A stretch of DNA of 64,000 bases from an uncultured Thermoplasmata archaeon (GCA_963768855.1 CAVYJM010000010.1:128001-192000), one strand, 5' to 3'. Positions 19,773 through 29,379 are shown, numbered from the stretch's first letter. Notes: a model not told the origin generated them from the letters alone. Program-made: numbers and translations.

Positions 19773-20954
19773 ATGAAAGTGCTCATCCTAGGGGGATACG
19801 GGGCGATGGCGCAGTCCACCGTGCCCGATCTTCTCGAAAGCCCTGGTGTGCAGCGCGTAGGGATCGCAGGCAGGAACCTCGAGAAGGCGAAGGCCTTCGC
19901 GAACCTGTGGAAGGACGATCGTGCCGTGCCGATGAAGCTCGACGCGCGCGACAACGACGCGCTCAAGAAGGAGTTCAAGAACTGGGACGCGGTCATCAAC
20001 AGCGCGTGGTACGACCTGAACGTCCCGATCATGGACTGCGCGATCAAGGCGGGCATTCACTACATCGACCTCGGCGGCCTGTACCACCAGGCCCTGCGCC
20101 AGCTCAAGATGGACAAGCAGGCGAAGGACGCTGGTGTCACGTGCATCCTCGGCATCGGCTCGACGCCCGGCACGATGAACGTGATGGGCATGTACGGCGC
20201 GAGCAAGCTGGACAAGGTCCACAAGATGATGCTCCGCAGCAGCGGCATCACCGTTGAGGGAGGGGAGCCCGGGAAGTTCGTCGTGCCCTACGCGGTCCGC
20301 ACGATCTTCGACGAGTTCTCGATGGACGCCCCGATCCTGCGGGACGGGAAGATCAAGTTCGTCCCCGCCCTGACGGGCCTTGAGGTATCCGAGTTCCAGG
20401 CCCCGGTCGGCAAGGTCGAGGGCTACTACACGATCCACTCGGAGCTCGCGACGATGCCGCAGACGATCGGGAAGGGCATCAAGGAGCTCGACTTCATCGT
20501 CGCCTTCCCGCACGAGTTCACCTCGACGATTGCCACCATCGTCCGCCTGGGCCTCGCGACCCGCCAGGAGCACGTCGTCGAGGGCCAGAAGGTCCGGCCG
20601 TACGACGTGACGTCGACGATCATCGACGACCTCCCGAAGCCGAAGGAGCCCGAGAAGGACCTCGACATCCAGCGCGTCGTGATCTGGGGCGAGAAGGACG
20701 GGAACCCGGTCACGCTCCGGTACGAGGCGGCGACCTGGCCGCACAAGAAGTGGAACGTCGGCGGCGGGACCGTGGACACGGGCGTGCCGCCCTCCATTGC
20801 GGCCCAGTGGATCCTGAGGAAGAAGACCAAGGTCACCGGTGCGATCCCGCCGGAAGTGGCGTTCGATCCGATCCCCTACTTCAAGGACCTGAACAGCCAG
20901 GGACGCGGGATTGTCGTCACCGAATTCGCGGAGACGACGAAGAAGCTGAGCTAG
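19773..20954 (+). CDS. Saccharopine dehydrogenase / carboxynorspermidine synthase-like oxidoreductase
   Basis: VLILGGYG Rossmann motif, HYIDLGG, GIGSTPG. Confidence 0.85.
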   Translation: MKVLILGGYGAMAQSTVPDLLESPGVQRVGIAGRNLEKAKAFANLWKDDRAVPMKLDARDNDALKKEFKNWDAVINSAWYDLNVPIMDCAIKAGIHYIDLGGLYHQALRQLKMDKQAKDAGVTCILGIGSTPGTMNVMGMYGASKLDKVHKMMLRSSGITVEGGEPGKFVVPYAVRTIFDEFSMDAPILRDGKIKFVPALTGLEVSEFQAPVGKVEGYYTIHSELATMPQTIGKGIKELDFIVAFPHEFTSTIATIVRLGLATRQEHVVEGQKVRPYDVTSTIIDDLPKPKEPEKDLDIQRVVIWGEKDGNPVTLRYEAATWPHKKWNVGGGTVDTGVPPSIAAQWILRKKTKVTGAIPPEVAFDPIPYFKDLNSQGRGIVVTEFAETTKKLS

Positions 20955-20973
20955 ACGCCATCGAGATGATCTC

Positions 20974-22287
20974 ATGCCTGCCAAGGGCAAGTCTGCAGAG
21001 GAACGGCTCAAGGAGCGAGACGAGTACATTCCGAAGTCCGTGCGCACGGGCACGCCGATCTTCATCGACCATGCGAAGGGCGCCAAGATCGTCGATGTGG
21101 ACGGCAAGGAGTACATCGACTTCACGGGAGGCATCGGCGTCCTGAACACGGGACACCTGCCCGACGCGGTCACGGACGCCGTGCGGGCCCAGCTGGACAA
21201 GTACCTCCACCTGTGCTTCATGGTCGTGAACTACGAGCCCTACATCGAGCTCTCCAAGCGGCTCCGGCCCACCCTGCCGTTCGAGCGGGGCAAGACGGCG
21301 TTTTTCAACAGCGGCGCCGAGGCCGTGGAGAACGCGGTCAAGATCAGCCGGGCCGTCACGAAGCGGCCGAACGTGATCACCTTCCAGAACTCGTTCCATG
21401 GCCGCACCCTGCTCACCCTGACCATGACGGGCAAGTACCAGCCGTACAAGGTGAACTTCGAGCCCTTCGTGCCCCACGTGTATCAAGTGCCGTTCGCGTA
21501 CTGCTACCGCTGCCCGATGAAACTCTCGTACCCCGAGTGTGGCGTCGCCTGCCTGCAGTACATCGACGACCTCTTCCGCGCCGAGGCGCCCGCGGATAAG
21601 ACGGCCTGCATCGTCGCGGAGCCCATCCAGGGCGAGGGCGGATTCGTCGTGCCCCCGAAGGAGTATTGGCAGGGGCTGCGGAAAATCACGAAGGACAACG
21701 GCATCCTGTTCGTAGACGACGAAGTCCAGGCCGGCATGGGCCGCACCGGGAAGTTCTGGGCCACGGAGCACTTCGGGGTGAAGCCGGACCTGATCACCTC
21801 CGCGAAGGCGCTTGGCGGCGGTCTTCCTCTGAGCGCCGTCTCGGGCCCCGCCGACCTGATGGACATCCCCGTCCCCGGGTCGATTGGAGGCACGTTCGGC
21901 GGGAATCCGCTCGCCTGCGTGGCCGCGATTGCGAACCTCGGGTTGATTCAGAAGAGTCTCTCGAACGCCGCCGAGCTAGGCCGGATGATCGAGAAGCGGT
22001 TCAAGGAAATGGCGGAGGACCACGCGTGGATCGGCGACATCCGCGGCCTCGGGGCGATGCGGGCTATCGAGCTCGTGAAGGACCGGAAGACGAAGGAGCC
22101 CGCGAAGGACGAGACGAACGCAATCATCGCGGAGGCGCGTGGCCGCGGCGGCCTGTTCCTCTCCGCCGGATGGTACGGGAACGTAATCCGCCTCCTGCCC
22201 CCGCTGAACATGGCGAAGGACGCCCTCGCCGAGGGACTCGACATGCTCGACGCGTCCTTCTCGGTCGTCGAGAAGAAGGTCGCCTGA
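20974..22287 (+). CDS. gabT: 4-aminobutyrate (omega-amino acid) aminotransferase, class III PLP
   Basis: DFTGGIGVLNTGH, NSGAEAVENAVK, FHGRT, EPIQGEGG, DEVQAGMGRTG, TSAK. Confidence 0.9.
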   Translation: MPAKGKSAEERLKERDEYIPKSVRTGTPIFIDHAKGAKIVDVDGKEYIDFTGGIGVLNTGHLPDAVTDAVRAQLDKYLHLCFMVVNYEPYIELSKRLRPTLPFERGKTAFFNSGAEAVENAVKISRAVTKRPNVITFQNSFHGRTLLTLTMTGKYQPYKVNFEPFVPHVYQVPFAYCYRCPMKLSYPECGVACLQYIDDLFRAEAPADKTACIVAEPIQGEGGFVVPPKEYWQGLRKITKDNGILFVDDEVQAGMGRTGKFWATEHFGVKPDLITSAKALGGGLPLSAVSGPADLMDIPVPGSIGGTFGGNPLACVAAIANLGLIQKSLSNAAELGRMIEKRFKEMAEDHAWIGDIRGLGAMRAIELVKDRKTKEPAKDETNAIIAEARGRGGLFLSAGWYGNVIRLLPPLNMAKDALAEGLDMLDASFSVVEKKVA

Positions 22288-22372
22288 GCTGGCCTCAGGT
22301 CGTCGCGCGTTCGGTTCGAGGGAGCGCTCACGCTCCCTCGTTCACCACGCTCCGATTCGGCTCGACCCGACA

Positions 22373-23827
22373 TCACACGCTGGGCGGGATCGGGGCCTCG
22401 CCGTACACCACGGCCTGCGCGTTGACGGCCTGGACCTGGACGCTCGGGGCCCGGGCCTTCTGCCGGCGGACCTCTTTCGCGACCGCCGCAAACCCGTTGT
22501 CCGCGACCTCGAGGGCCCACTCGATGTCCTCTTCCGTGTGCTCCGTGCAGATGAAGGCCCGCTCCGCGGCCTGCGGGATCCCGAACAGGACGTTGTTCCC
22601 GAGGCAGTGAATGAACCAGTTCCACCAGCGCTTCGTGTTCACGTCGAGGGTGTCGCGGAAGTCGCGGATCTCGTCCTTCGTCGTGAAGTAGACGTTCCCG
22701 ATGGACCCGACGTACTCGACCCAGGCTGGAAGACGCCGGTCGTCCGCGAGGTCCTGGAGGCCGCTGTAGAGCTGCCGTCCGAGGGAGTTCACATGGTCGT
22801 AGTACTCCGGGTGGGCCTCGAGGATCTGAAGGGCCTTGAGGCCCGCCGCGACGCTGACCGGATGCCCGTTGTACGTGCCCGCGTGGAAGGTCCCGTGGCG
22901 CCAGCCCTTGCCCGGCTCGAGGACGTCCATGATCTGCGCCTCGCCGCCGATGCCCGCGAGCTGGAAGCCGCCGCCCGCGATCTTCCCGAAGCACACGAGG
23001 TCGGGACGGACATCGTAGTACTCGGCCGCGCCGCCATACGCCAGGCGGAAGCCGGTGAGGACCTCATCGAAGATGAGGACGATCCCGAGCTTGCGGGTGA
23101 GGTGACGGATCTTCTTCAGGTAGTTGTTCTTGGGAGCGATGACACCGGGTCCACAGAGGACCGGCTCGACGATGAACCCGCCGATCTCGTCCACGCCGTT
23201 CTCGAGGATCTCTGCGGTCGTGTCGTAGTCGTTGTACGGGACGATCGCCATCGTCTCCGCGATCGCCTTCGGGATCCCCTTCCCGTAGGTCACGGGCTGG
23301 TATCCGTTCATGCGCCGCGCGGTGCGGGCGTCCATGTCGAGGCTCATGAGCGCATAGTCGTTCGCGCCATGGTACGCGCCCTCGATCTTCGCGATCTTGT
23401 CCTTCCCCGTGTAGGCTCGGGCGACCCGCATCGCGTGCATCGTCGCCTCCGTCCCGCTGTTCGCGAGGCGGACCTTCTTCATCCATGGCATCGCCTTCTG
23501 GATTTGCTGGATGTATTCCGGGAACAGCTCGGTCGTGATGCCCATCATCGAGCCGGACTCGAGCTGCTTGATCACTTCGAGGGCAATGTCGCGGTTGTTG
23601 TGGCCGAGGAGGAGGGCGCCGAACCCCATCATGAAGTCGAGGATCTTGTTGCCGTCCACGTCGTAGATGTACCCGCCGTCTCCGTAATCCGCGAAGAACG
23701 GATGCGGACGGAAGAAGCGGATGTTGCTCTCGACGCCGCCGGGCGATAGCTTCGCGGCACGCTTCCAGAGCTGGGCGCTCTTCTTGTGCCTCGTCAGGTA
23801 CTTCCGGCTGAACTTCTGGGACGGCAT
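22373..23827 (-). CDS. Glutamate-1-semialdehyde aminomutase-like class III aminotransferase
   Basis: SPGGVESNIR, NSGTEATM, GAYHG, FDEVLTGFR, FGKIAGGG, HAGTYNG; start set at MPSQK with SD GAGGGTGA. Confidence 0.85.
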   Translation of the reverse strand: MPSQKFSRKYLTRHKKSAQLWKRAAKLSPGGVESNIRFFRPHPFFADYGDGGYIYDVDGNKILDFMMGFGALLLGHNNRDIALEVIKQLESGSMMGITTELFPEYIQQIQKAMPWMKKVRLANSGTEATMHAMRVARAYTGKDKIAKIEGAYHGANDYALMSLDMDARTARRMNGYQPVTYGKGIPKAIAETMAIVPYNDYDTTAEILENGVDEIGGFIVEPVLCGPGVIAPKNNYLKKIRHLTRKLGIVLIFDEVLTGFRLAYGGAAEYYDVRPDLVCFGKIAGGGFQLAGIGGEAQIMDVLEPGKGWRHGTFHAGTYNGHPVSVAAGLKALQILEAHPEYYDHVNSLGRQLYSGLQDLADDRRLPAWVEYVGSIGNVYFTTKDEIRDFRDTLDVNTKRWWNWFIHCLGNNVLFGIPQAAERAFICTEHTEEDIEWALEVADNGFAAVAKEVRRQKARAPSVQVQAVNAQAVVYGEAPIPPSV

Positions 23828-23838
23828 GGGATCACCCT

Positions 23839-23942
23839 CAAGCGAAAATCCGCCCGGCCCACGGCCGGACCCGAGTTTCGGCAGGATGCGCCGGGACCGT
23901 GTCCGTTGCGACACGGGCCTCCGTCGGACCCCGGTTCGCTTG
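23839..23942 (-). ncRNA. Candidate cis-regulatory structured 5' leader
   Basis: 8-bp closing helix CAAGCGAA/UUCGCUUG enclosing four further helices; abuts the SD. Confidence 0.4.
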
Positions 23943-24232
23943 GGTAGGTCATGATTGCCTGGAAACTATGAATAGGTTTCGTACTTAGGCGGGGGTTCAT
24001 ATATCCAAACGAAATACGCATAAAATTATATGTCGGAGCTAAATCGATTGTCCGACAGTTGTCGGGCGTCCGTGCTACAACCGAGCTTATAACCTTCATA
24101 AGGCCCACGTACAAAGAGCGTCACGGAAGGCCAGAAGGGCCGCGGTCCCGACCCGGCCGCGTTTCCGGTTGAACGTACAGACTTGTACTTCGGGTCCGCG
24201 TATGTTCCTGCACGCTTGCAGGCGTCGGAGGA

Positions 24233-24317
24233 TGCGTGGGGCAGGATTTGAACCTGCGAACCCCTACGAGACAGGATCCTGAGCCCTGCGCCTTTGACCA
24301 AGCTTGGCAACCCACGC
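24233..24317 (-). tRNA. tRNA-Leu(CAG)
   Basis: GCGTGGG/CCCACGC acceptor stem, anticodon loop CT-CAG-GA, long variable arm, GCAGG-TTCAAAT-CCTGC T-arm; CCA not encoded. Confidence 0.96.
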
Positions 24318-24429
24318 ACGGAACGGTCGGTGGCGAACAGGCGGAGCCGTAATAAAGTTGCGGTGGACGCACCGGGTCCAGGGCTTCCCATCGATAGCTC
24401 CATATCGCCGCGGCTGTAATGCGCAACGC

Positions 24430-24936
24430 ATGTTCCAGAAGCGGGAAGTTCATTTCGTGGCGGGCTCGAAGCCGGCTGATCTCTGGCCCAAGGTGTGGGA
24501 CTGGTGGGCGCGCCAGGGGTTCCAGCTGTCCCAGTCGGGCCCCTATTCGATGCGCGGCACCTCGGTCTCCAGCAACATCGGCCTCCGCCGCGAGTTCTGG
24601 CTCATCCTCTCGGAGGCGGCCAACGGCGCGAATGTCGACCTATCCCTCAACGCGCAGATCACGGACGAGGGCCTCGTCGTGGGCGCTGTCTCCGCGGTCG
24701 TCTTCTGGCCCATCGCGGTGGTCGGCGGGGCGATCTCCTACTCTGAATACGAGACGGACGCCCGCAACCTGATGATCGCGTTCTGGCAGTCCTTGTACTC
24801 CACGGCTGCCCCGCCGGGATCCGGGCCTGCGAGCCCAATGTCCCTCCCACCGCCCTGCACGAGCTGCGGAGCCGCCCTGCTGCCCGATTGGAAGGTGTGC
24901 CCGTACTGCGGCCGCGCGCGGCCGAGCTCGACGTGA
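24430..24936 (+). CDS. Membrane protein with C-terminal double zinc ribbon
   Basis: Hydrophobic LVVGAVSAVVFWPIAVVGG; CTSC...CPYC; TATA-like element about 29 nt upstream. Confidence 0.75.
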   Translation: MFQKREVHFVAGSKPADLWPKVWDWWARQGFQLSQSGPYSMRGTSVSSNIGLRREFWLILSEAANGANVDLSLNAQITDEGLVVGAVSAVVFWPIAVVGGAISYSEYETDARNLMIAFWQSLYSTAAPPGSGPASPMSLPPPCTSCGAALLPDWKVCPYCGRARPSST

Positions 24937-24946
24937 CCTGCTGCGC

Positions 24947-25165
24947 TCAGCGCGCGCGTCGCATGATCTTCATCCAGCCGCCCGACTCGTAGACCTGGAG
25001 CCGTCGCCTCGACAAGGCCTCGCGGAACTCATCCCAGGAGATGACTTCGAGCCGGGCGTTGCGCCCTTTCGTGAACTGGATGCCGTGGGTGCCCTTGACG
25101 CGTCCTGGTTTCAGTCCCTTCTTCTTCGCCTTCTCGATCGCGGACTCGACGCTGATGGGTTCCAT
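24947..25165 (-). CDS. Small basic hypothetical protein
   Basis: MEPISVESAIEKAKKKGLKPGRVKGTHG...WDEF...GWMKIMRR; codon usage typical of the genome. Confidence 0.65.
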   Translation of the reverse strand: MEPISVESAIEKAKKKGLKPGRVKGTHGIQFTKGRNARLEVISWDEFREALSRRRLQVYESGGWMKIMRRAR

Positions 25166-25323
25166 GACCACGGAAATCCCTCTGACGCCCGACGAGAGCC
25201 TCTCTCCGTTGCCCATCGGACGGTCTCTATATAATTCTTTCATTATAAAATCCCCCGGCATCTCCCATGAGGGGGACCGGCGTTCGCGAAGGGCTTTCTA
25301 TCCGCGCCCCGGTATCCGGTCGG

Positions 25324-26628
25324 ATGGCCCGCTTCGGATCGTCTGGAATCCGGGGACTCGCCAATGTCGAGGTCACGCCCCAGCTCGCCCTTCAAGTGGG
25401 CCAGGTCGCCGGCGAGCTCTACGGCTCTGTGATCGTCGGGCGGGACCCGCGGACGAGCGGACCGATGCTCGCGTCCGCCCTGATCGCGGGCGTCCTCTCC
25501 TCGGGCGCGGATGCGATCGACGCCGGGCTCGTCTCCACGCCGACCCTCGCCCGCGGAGCCGCGGAGTACGGATGCGGGGTCGAGATCACCGCGTCCCACA
25601 ACCCCGCCCCATACAACGGGATCAAGCTCTGGAACCCCGACGGCATGGCGTTCGATGAGACGCAACAGGACGAGATCGAGAAGGCCTTGGACGCGGGCCG
25701 ATTCCGCTCGTCGGGGTGGGATCAGGTCGGTCGGCTGTCCTCCCGGGACGATCTCGTCGCCGAGCACATCGACGCGATCCTCGCCGAGATCGGCCCGGTG
25801 AAGCTCCGGGTCGTCGTCGACTGCGCTTGCGGGGCCACGACCACGATCACGCCGTTCCTCCTGCGCCGGATGGGGTGCGAGGTGATCGCCCTCAACGCCC
25901 AGCCGGACGGCCACTTCCCGGGCCGCGAACCCGAGCCCACGGAGGAGAACCTGGGCCTCCTGAAGAGCACGGTCCGGAACGTGCACGCGGACCTCGGGAT
26001 CGCGCATGACGGCGACGGGGACCGGATGGTCGCCGTCGATCAGGACGGGACGTACCTGGGTGGCGACTCCTTGCTCGCCCTCTTTGCGAAACAGGAGGTC
26101 CGCCGTTCGCTCGTGGTCCCCGTGGACGCCTCGATGGTCCTCGAGGACCTCCTCCCGAAGGCGACGATCTACCGCACCCGCGTCGGAGACGTCTACGTCG
26201 CCGGGGAGCTCAAGCGCCGCGGCGCCGACTTCGGCGGCGAGCCTTCCGGCACCTGGATTTTCCCCAAGGCTACGCTCTGTCCCGACGGCGTGTACGCCGC
26301 CGCGCGGCTGGTCAAGATGGCCTCGGAGTCCTCGCTGACCGCAGCGGTTCGGGCGATTCCCCGCTACCCGATGCTCCGCGGTGCCGTGGCGTTCGAGCGC
26401 TCTCGACGCGCCCAGGTCGAGGCGAACCTGGACACGGCGCTGCGGGGCCTCGGCGCCGACGTCACGACCGTGGACGGCTGGCGACTCCGGTGGGACGACG
26501 GCTGGGCTCTCGTGCGGCTCTCCGGGACGGAGCCGAAAATCCGTGTGCAGGCGGAGTCGCGCGACGCGGCCAGAGCAAAGGCGATATATGCCACGGCCCT
26601 ATCGAGCGCGCAGGGCGCGGCCACATGA
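25324..26628 (+). CDS. glmM: Phosphoglucosamine mutase (alpha-D-phosphohexomutase)
   Basis: FGSSGIRG, TASHNP, DGDGDR, GGEPSG. Confidence 0.93.
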   Translation: MARFGSSGIRGLANVEVTPQLALQVGQVAGELYGSVIVGRDPRTSGPMLASALIAGVLSSGADAIDAGLVSTPTLARGAAEYGCGVEITASHNPAPYNGIKLWNPDGMAFDETQQDEIEKALDAGRFRSSGWDQVGRLSSRDDLVAEHIDAILAEIGPVKLRVVVDCACGATTTITPFLLRRMGCEVIALNAQPDGHFPGREPEPTEENLGLLKSTVRNVHADLGIAHDGDGDRMVAVDQDGTYLGGDSLLALFAKQEVRRSLVVPVDASMVLEDLLPKATIYRTRVGDVYVAGELKRRGADFGGEPSGTWIFPKATLCPDGVYAAARLVKMASESSLTAAVRAIPRYPMLRGAVAFERSRRAQVEANLDTALRGLGADVTTVDGWRLRWDDGWALVRLSGTEPKIRVQAESRDAARAKAIYATALSSAQGAAT

Positions 26629-27851
26629 AGGCGGTCATTCTCGCGGCCGGCGAGGGCACGCGGATGCGCCCCCTCACGGCGAACCTTCCCAAGCCCCTCC
26701 TCCCGGTTGCAGGCAAGCCGTTCCTCCGCCACACCCTCGAGGCCGTTCGCCAGGCCGGCATCCGCGAGGTGACGATCCTCATCGGATGGCAGGGCCATCG
26801 GATCCGCGAGAGCTTCGGCCGCGGCGGTGATTCGGAACTGGTCATCGACTACGAGGAGCAGACGGAGCGCTTGGGGACTGCGAACGCGATCGGGCAGCTC
26901 CGCAAGCACGTCGACGGTCCCTTTCTCAGCATCAACGGGGACGTGGTCGTCTCGGGCGAGGCGCTCAAAGGCCTCGTTGCCTACCACGAGAAGGCTGGCG
27001 GCCCCGTCATGGCCCTCGCGGAGGTGCCGGATCCGCGGCCGTTCGGCGTGGTCGAGCTCACGGACGGGCGCGTGAGCGGACTCGAGGAGAAGCCGCGGGC
27101 GCCGAAGTCCCACCTGATCAACGCGGGCATCTACGTCTTCGAGCCGGACATCTTCCCCCTCATCGACGCCACGCCGAAGTCGCCGCGGGGCGAGTACGAG
27201 ATTACGGACACGATTCGGACGCTCCTGACGAAGCGCGACGTGCACGGCTTCCGCCTCCCGGGCGAGTGGCTCGACGTCGGCCGACCGTGGGACCTGCTCC
27301 GGGCCAACGCAGCCCTTCTCAAGCCGCTCAAAGGCGCGGTCCACGGGACCGTGGACGCGGGCGCGACCCTCGTGGGTGAGGTCCTCGTCGAGGCGGGCGC
27401 CCACGTTCGGCCGGGCTCCCACGTCGAGGGCCCCACGATCATCGGCCCCGAGGCGGAGGTCGGCCCCAACTGCTACATCCGGCCATCCACCGCCATCGGC
27501 CCGAAGGCGAAGGTCGGCAACGCGTGCGAGGTGAAGAACAGCATCCTCATGGGAGGCACGCACGTCCCCCACCAGAACTACGTCGGGGACAGCGTGCTCG
27601 GGGAGCGGTGTAACCTCGGCGCCGGCACGAAGGTCGCGAACCTGCGCTTGGACGAGGCGAACGTCCGGGTCCGGTTCGGCGGCGCGGAGGTCGACACCGG
27701 GCTCCGCAAGCTCGGCGTGATCATGGGGGACGACGTGAAGGTCGGCATCAACGCCTCGATCGACGCCGGCACGATCATCGGGGAGGGCACGTTCATCGGA
27801 CCCGGAGCGAGCGTCCGCGGGAACATCGCCCCGCGGAGCCGGATCTTCTGA
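26625..27851 (+). CDS. glmU: Bifunctional sugar-1-phosphate nucleotidylyltransferase/acetyltransferase
   Basis: ILAAGEGTRMRPLT, PRGEYEITD, hexapeptide repeats, HQNYVGDS; ATGA overlap with glmM. Confidence 0.92.
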   Translation: MKAVILAAGEGTRMRPLTANLPKPLLPVAGKPFLRHTLEAVRQAGIREVTILIGWQGHRIRESFGRGGDSELVIDYEEQTERLGTANAIGQLRKHVDGPFLSINGDVVVSGEALKGLVAYHEKAGGPVMALAEVPDPRPFGVVELTDGRVSGLEEKPRAPKSHLINAGIYVFEPDIFPLIDATPKSPRGEYEITDTIRTLLTKRDVHGFRLPGEWLDVGRPWDLLRANAALLKPLKGAVHGTVDAGATLVGEVLVEAGAHVRPGSHVEGPTIIGPEAEVGPNCYIRPSTAIGPKAKVGNACEVKNSILMGGTHVPHQNYVGDSVLGERCNLGAGTKVANLRLDEANVRVRFGGAEVDTGLRKLGVIMGDDVKVGINASIDAGTIIGEGTFIGPGASVRGNIAPRSRIF

Positions 27852-27852
27852 G

Positions 27853-29013
27853 GTGGGCGTCGTGCGCATCGCCCAGGTATCGCCATGGTTCTATCCCCAC
27901 CTCGGCGGCGTGGAGAGCCACGTGCAGGTCCTTTCCCGCGAGCTCGCCGCGCGGGGTCACGAGGTCACCGTCATCACCGCCCGCCACACCTCGTCGGCGC
28001 CCGAGCGGGAATCGGTGGACGGCTTCGACATCATCCGGGTCAAGCCGCGGATGATCGTCCTGCGCACGCCCATCGCCCCGAAGATGCGCCCGCTGATCCG
28101 CGGCCTCGACGTCGACGTGATCCACGCGCATCTCCCGCCGCCCCTCAGCGCGCACTACGCGGCGGACGCGGCCGAGCAGCGCGGGCTGCCCCTGGTCCTC
28201 ACCTACCACTGCGATGTCGAGATCCCGTCTCCCGTCGGAGCCCTGATCGAGACGCTCTACCGCCGCAGCCTGGGCGCTTCCACTCTGAATCGGGCCGCAA
28301 AGGTCATCGTGACCACCCGGACCTACGCGGCCACGAGCCGCGCGGTCTGGCGGCAGAGCCCCGTCGTGATCCCGAACGCCGTCGACGCCCATCACTTCCA
28401 CCCCGAGGTCGACGGCAGCAGCGTGCGGACGAAGCTCCGGATTCCCCGCGACCGCCCGGTCGTCCTCCTCGTCGGCCGGATCGTGGCCCACAAGGGCGTC
28501 GAGCATTTCATCGAGGCCGCCCGATACCTGCCTGGCGTCTCGCTCGTCGTGGCGGGAGAAGGCTCCTCCCTCGAGGCGATGGAGCGCCTCGCGGCCACCC
28601 TCGGCGTCCAAGACCGGGTGCAGTTCCTCGGCCGCGTGTCCCAGGAGAACCTCCCGAAGGTGTATGCCGCCTGTGACGTCTTCGTGCTCCCGAGCGTGTC
28701 CCGCCTCGAAGCGTTTGGGATCGTCGCCCTCGAGGCCATGGCGACCGGCAAGCCCGTCGTGGTCGCGGACATCCCCGGAGTGCGGGAGATCATCGAGGAC
28801 GGGCGCGAGGGCCTCCTGGCCGATCCGATGAACCCGCAGGACCTGGCGCGCAAGATCCAGACTCTCCTGGCCGACCCGGGGCTGCGCGCGGAGATGGGCC
28901 GGCGCGGCCGGGAGAAGGTCCTCGCGGCGTTCACAACGGAGACGGTTGCGCAGCAGGTCCTCGACGTCTACGCGGACGTCCTCGCAGCAGGTGCCGCTAC
29001 GGCACGACGCTGA
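27853..29013 (+). CDS. GT4 glycosyltransferase
   Basis: GGVESHV, VGRIVAHKG, EAFGIVALEAMATGKPVV. Confidence 0.93.
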   Translation: MGVVRIAQVSPWFYPHLGGVESHVQVLSRELAARGHEVTVITARHTSSAPERESVDGFDIIRVKPRMIVLRTPIAPKMRPLIRGLDVDVIHAHLPPPLSAHYAADAAEQRGLPLVLTYHCDVEIPSPVGALIETLYRRSLGASTLNRAAKVIVTTRTYAATSRAVWRQSPVVIPNAVDAHHFHPEVDGSSVRTKLRIPRDRPVVLLVGRIVAHKGVEHFIEAARYLPGVSLVVAGEGSSLEAMERLAATLGVQDRVQFLGRVSQENLPKVYAACDVFVLPSVSRLEAFGIVALEAMATGKPVVVADIPGVREIIEDGREGLLADPMNPQDLARKIQTLLADPGLRAEMGRRGREKVLAAFTTETVAQQVLDVYADVLAAGAATARR

Positions 29014-29374
29014 GGGGGACGCGCTCCCCCTTGTTCGTCCACGCGGCCCAGGTCTCCTCCGTGAACGGGTGGCCGGTGATCAGGTGGAGGCCGCTGAAGT
29101 TGCTGAACAGCAAGCGGTCCTCGTCGGAGGGACGGAAGACGCCGCTCGGGTGGGAGTGGACCGTGCCCACGACGCCCAGGTTCGGCGGGAGCATCCACGT
29201 CTGGAAGATTGCGTGCCGCCGTCCGCTCACCGTGCCCGGGATCATCACGAGCTCCACGATGACCCCCTCCTCGGCGCGGAGGAAGGCGCCGAACTCGTTC
29301 GGGTACATGTCCCGCGAGGCCTCGAGGATCATCCGGAGGCATTTGCGTGTGATCGAGGTGGGTCGCTTCGGCAT
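28997..29374 (-). CDS. JAMM/MPN+ zinc metalloprotease
   Basis: PNEF, GTVHSHPSG..PSDED JAMM motif; start set at MPKRP. Confidence 0.9.
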   Translation of the reverse strand: MPKRPTSITRKCLRMILEASRDMYPNEFGAFLRAEEGVIVELVMIPGTVSGRRHAIFQTWMLPPNLGVVGTVHSHPSGVFRPSDEDRLLFSNFSGLHLITGHPFTEETWAAWTNKGERVPLSVVP

Positions 29375-29379
29375 GGCCC

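Noticed and set aside
22373-23827. Assigning the symbol hemL
   Set aside because: No tetrapyrrole genes nearby and a C-terminal extension is present; the family includes many non-heme paralogs
23839-23956. SAM-I riboswitch reading of the hemL-like leader (AAUC/GAUU, GCAAC, GGCGC..UCC)
   Set aside because: No kink-turn P2, P3 mismatches at SAM-contact positions, wrong spacing; kept only as an unclassified structure
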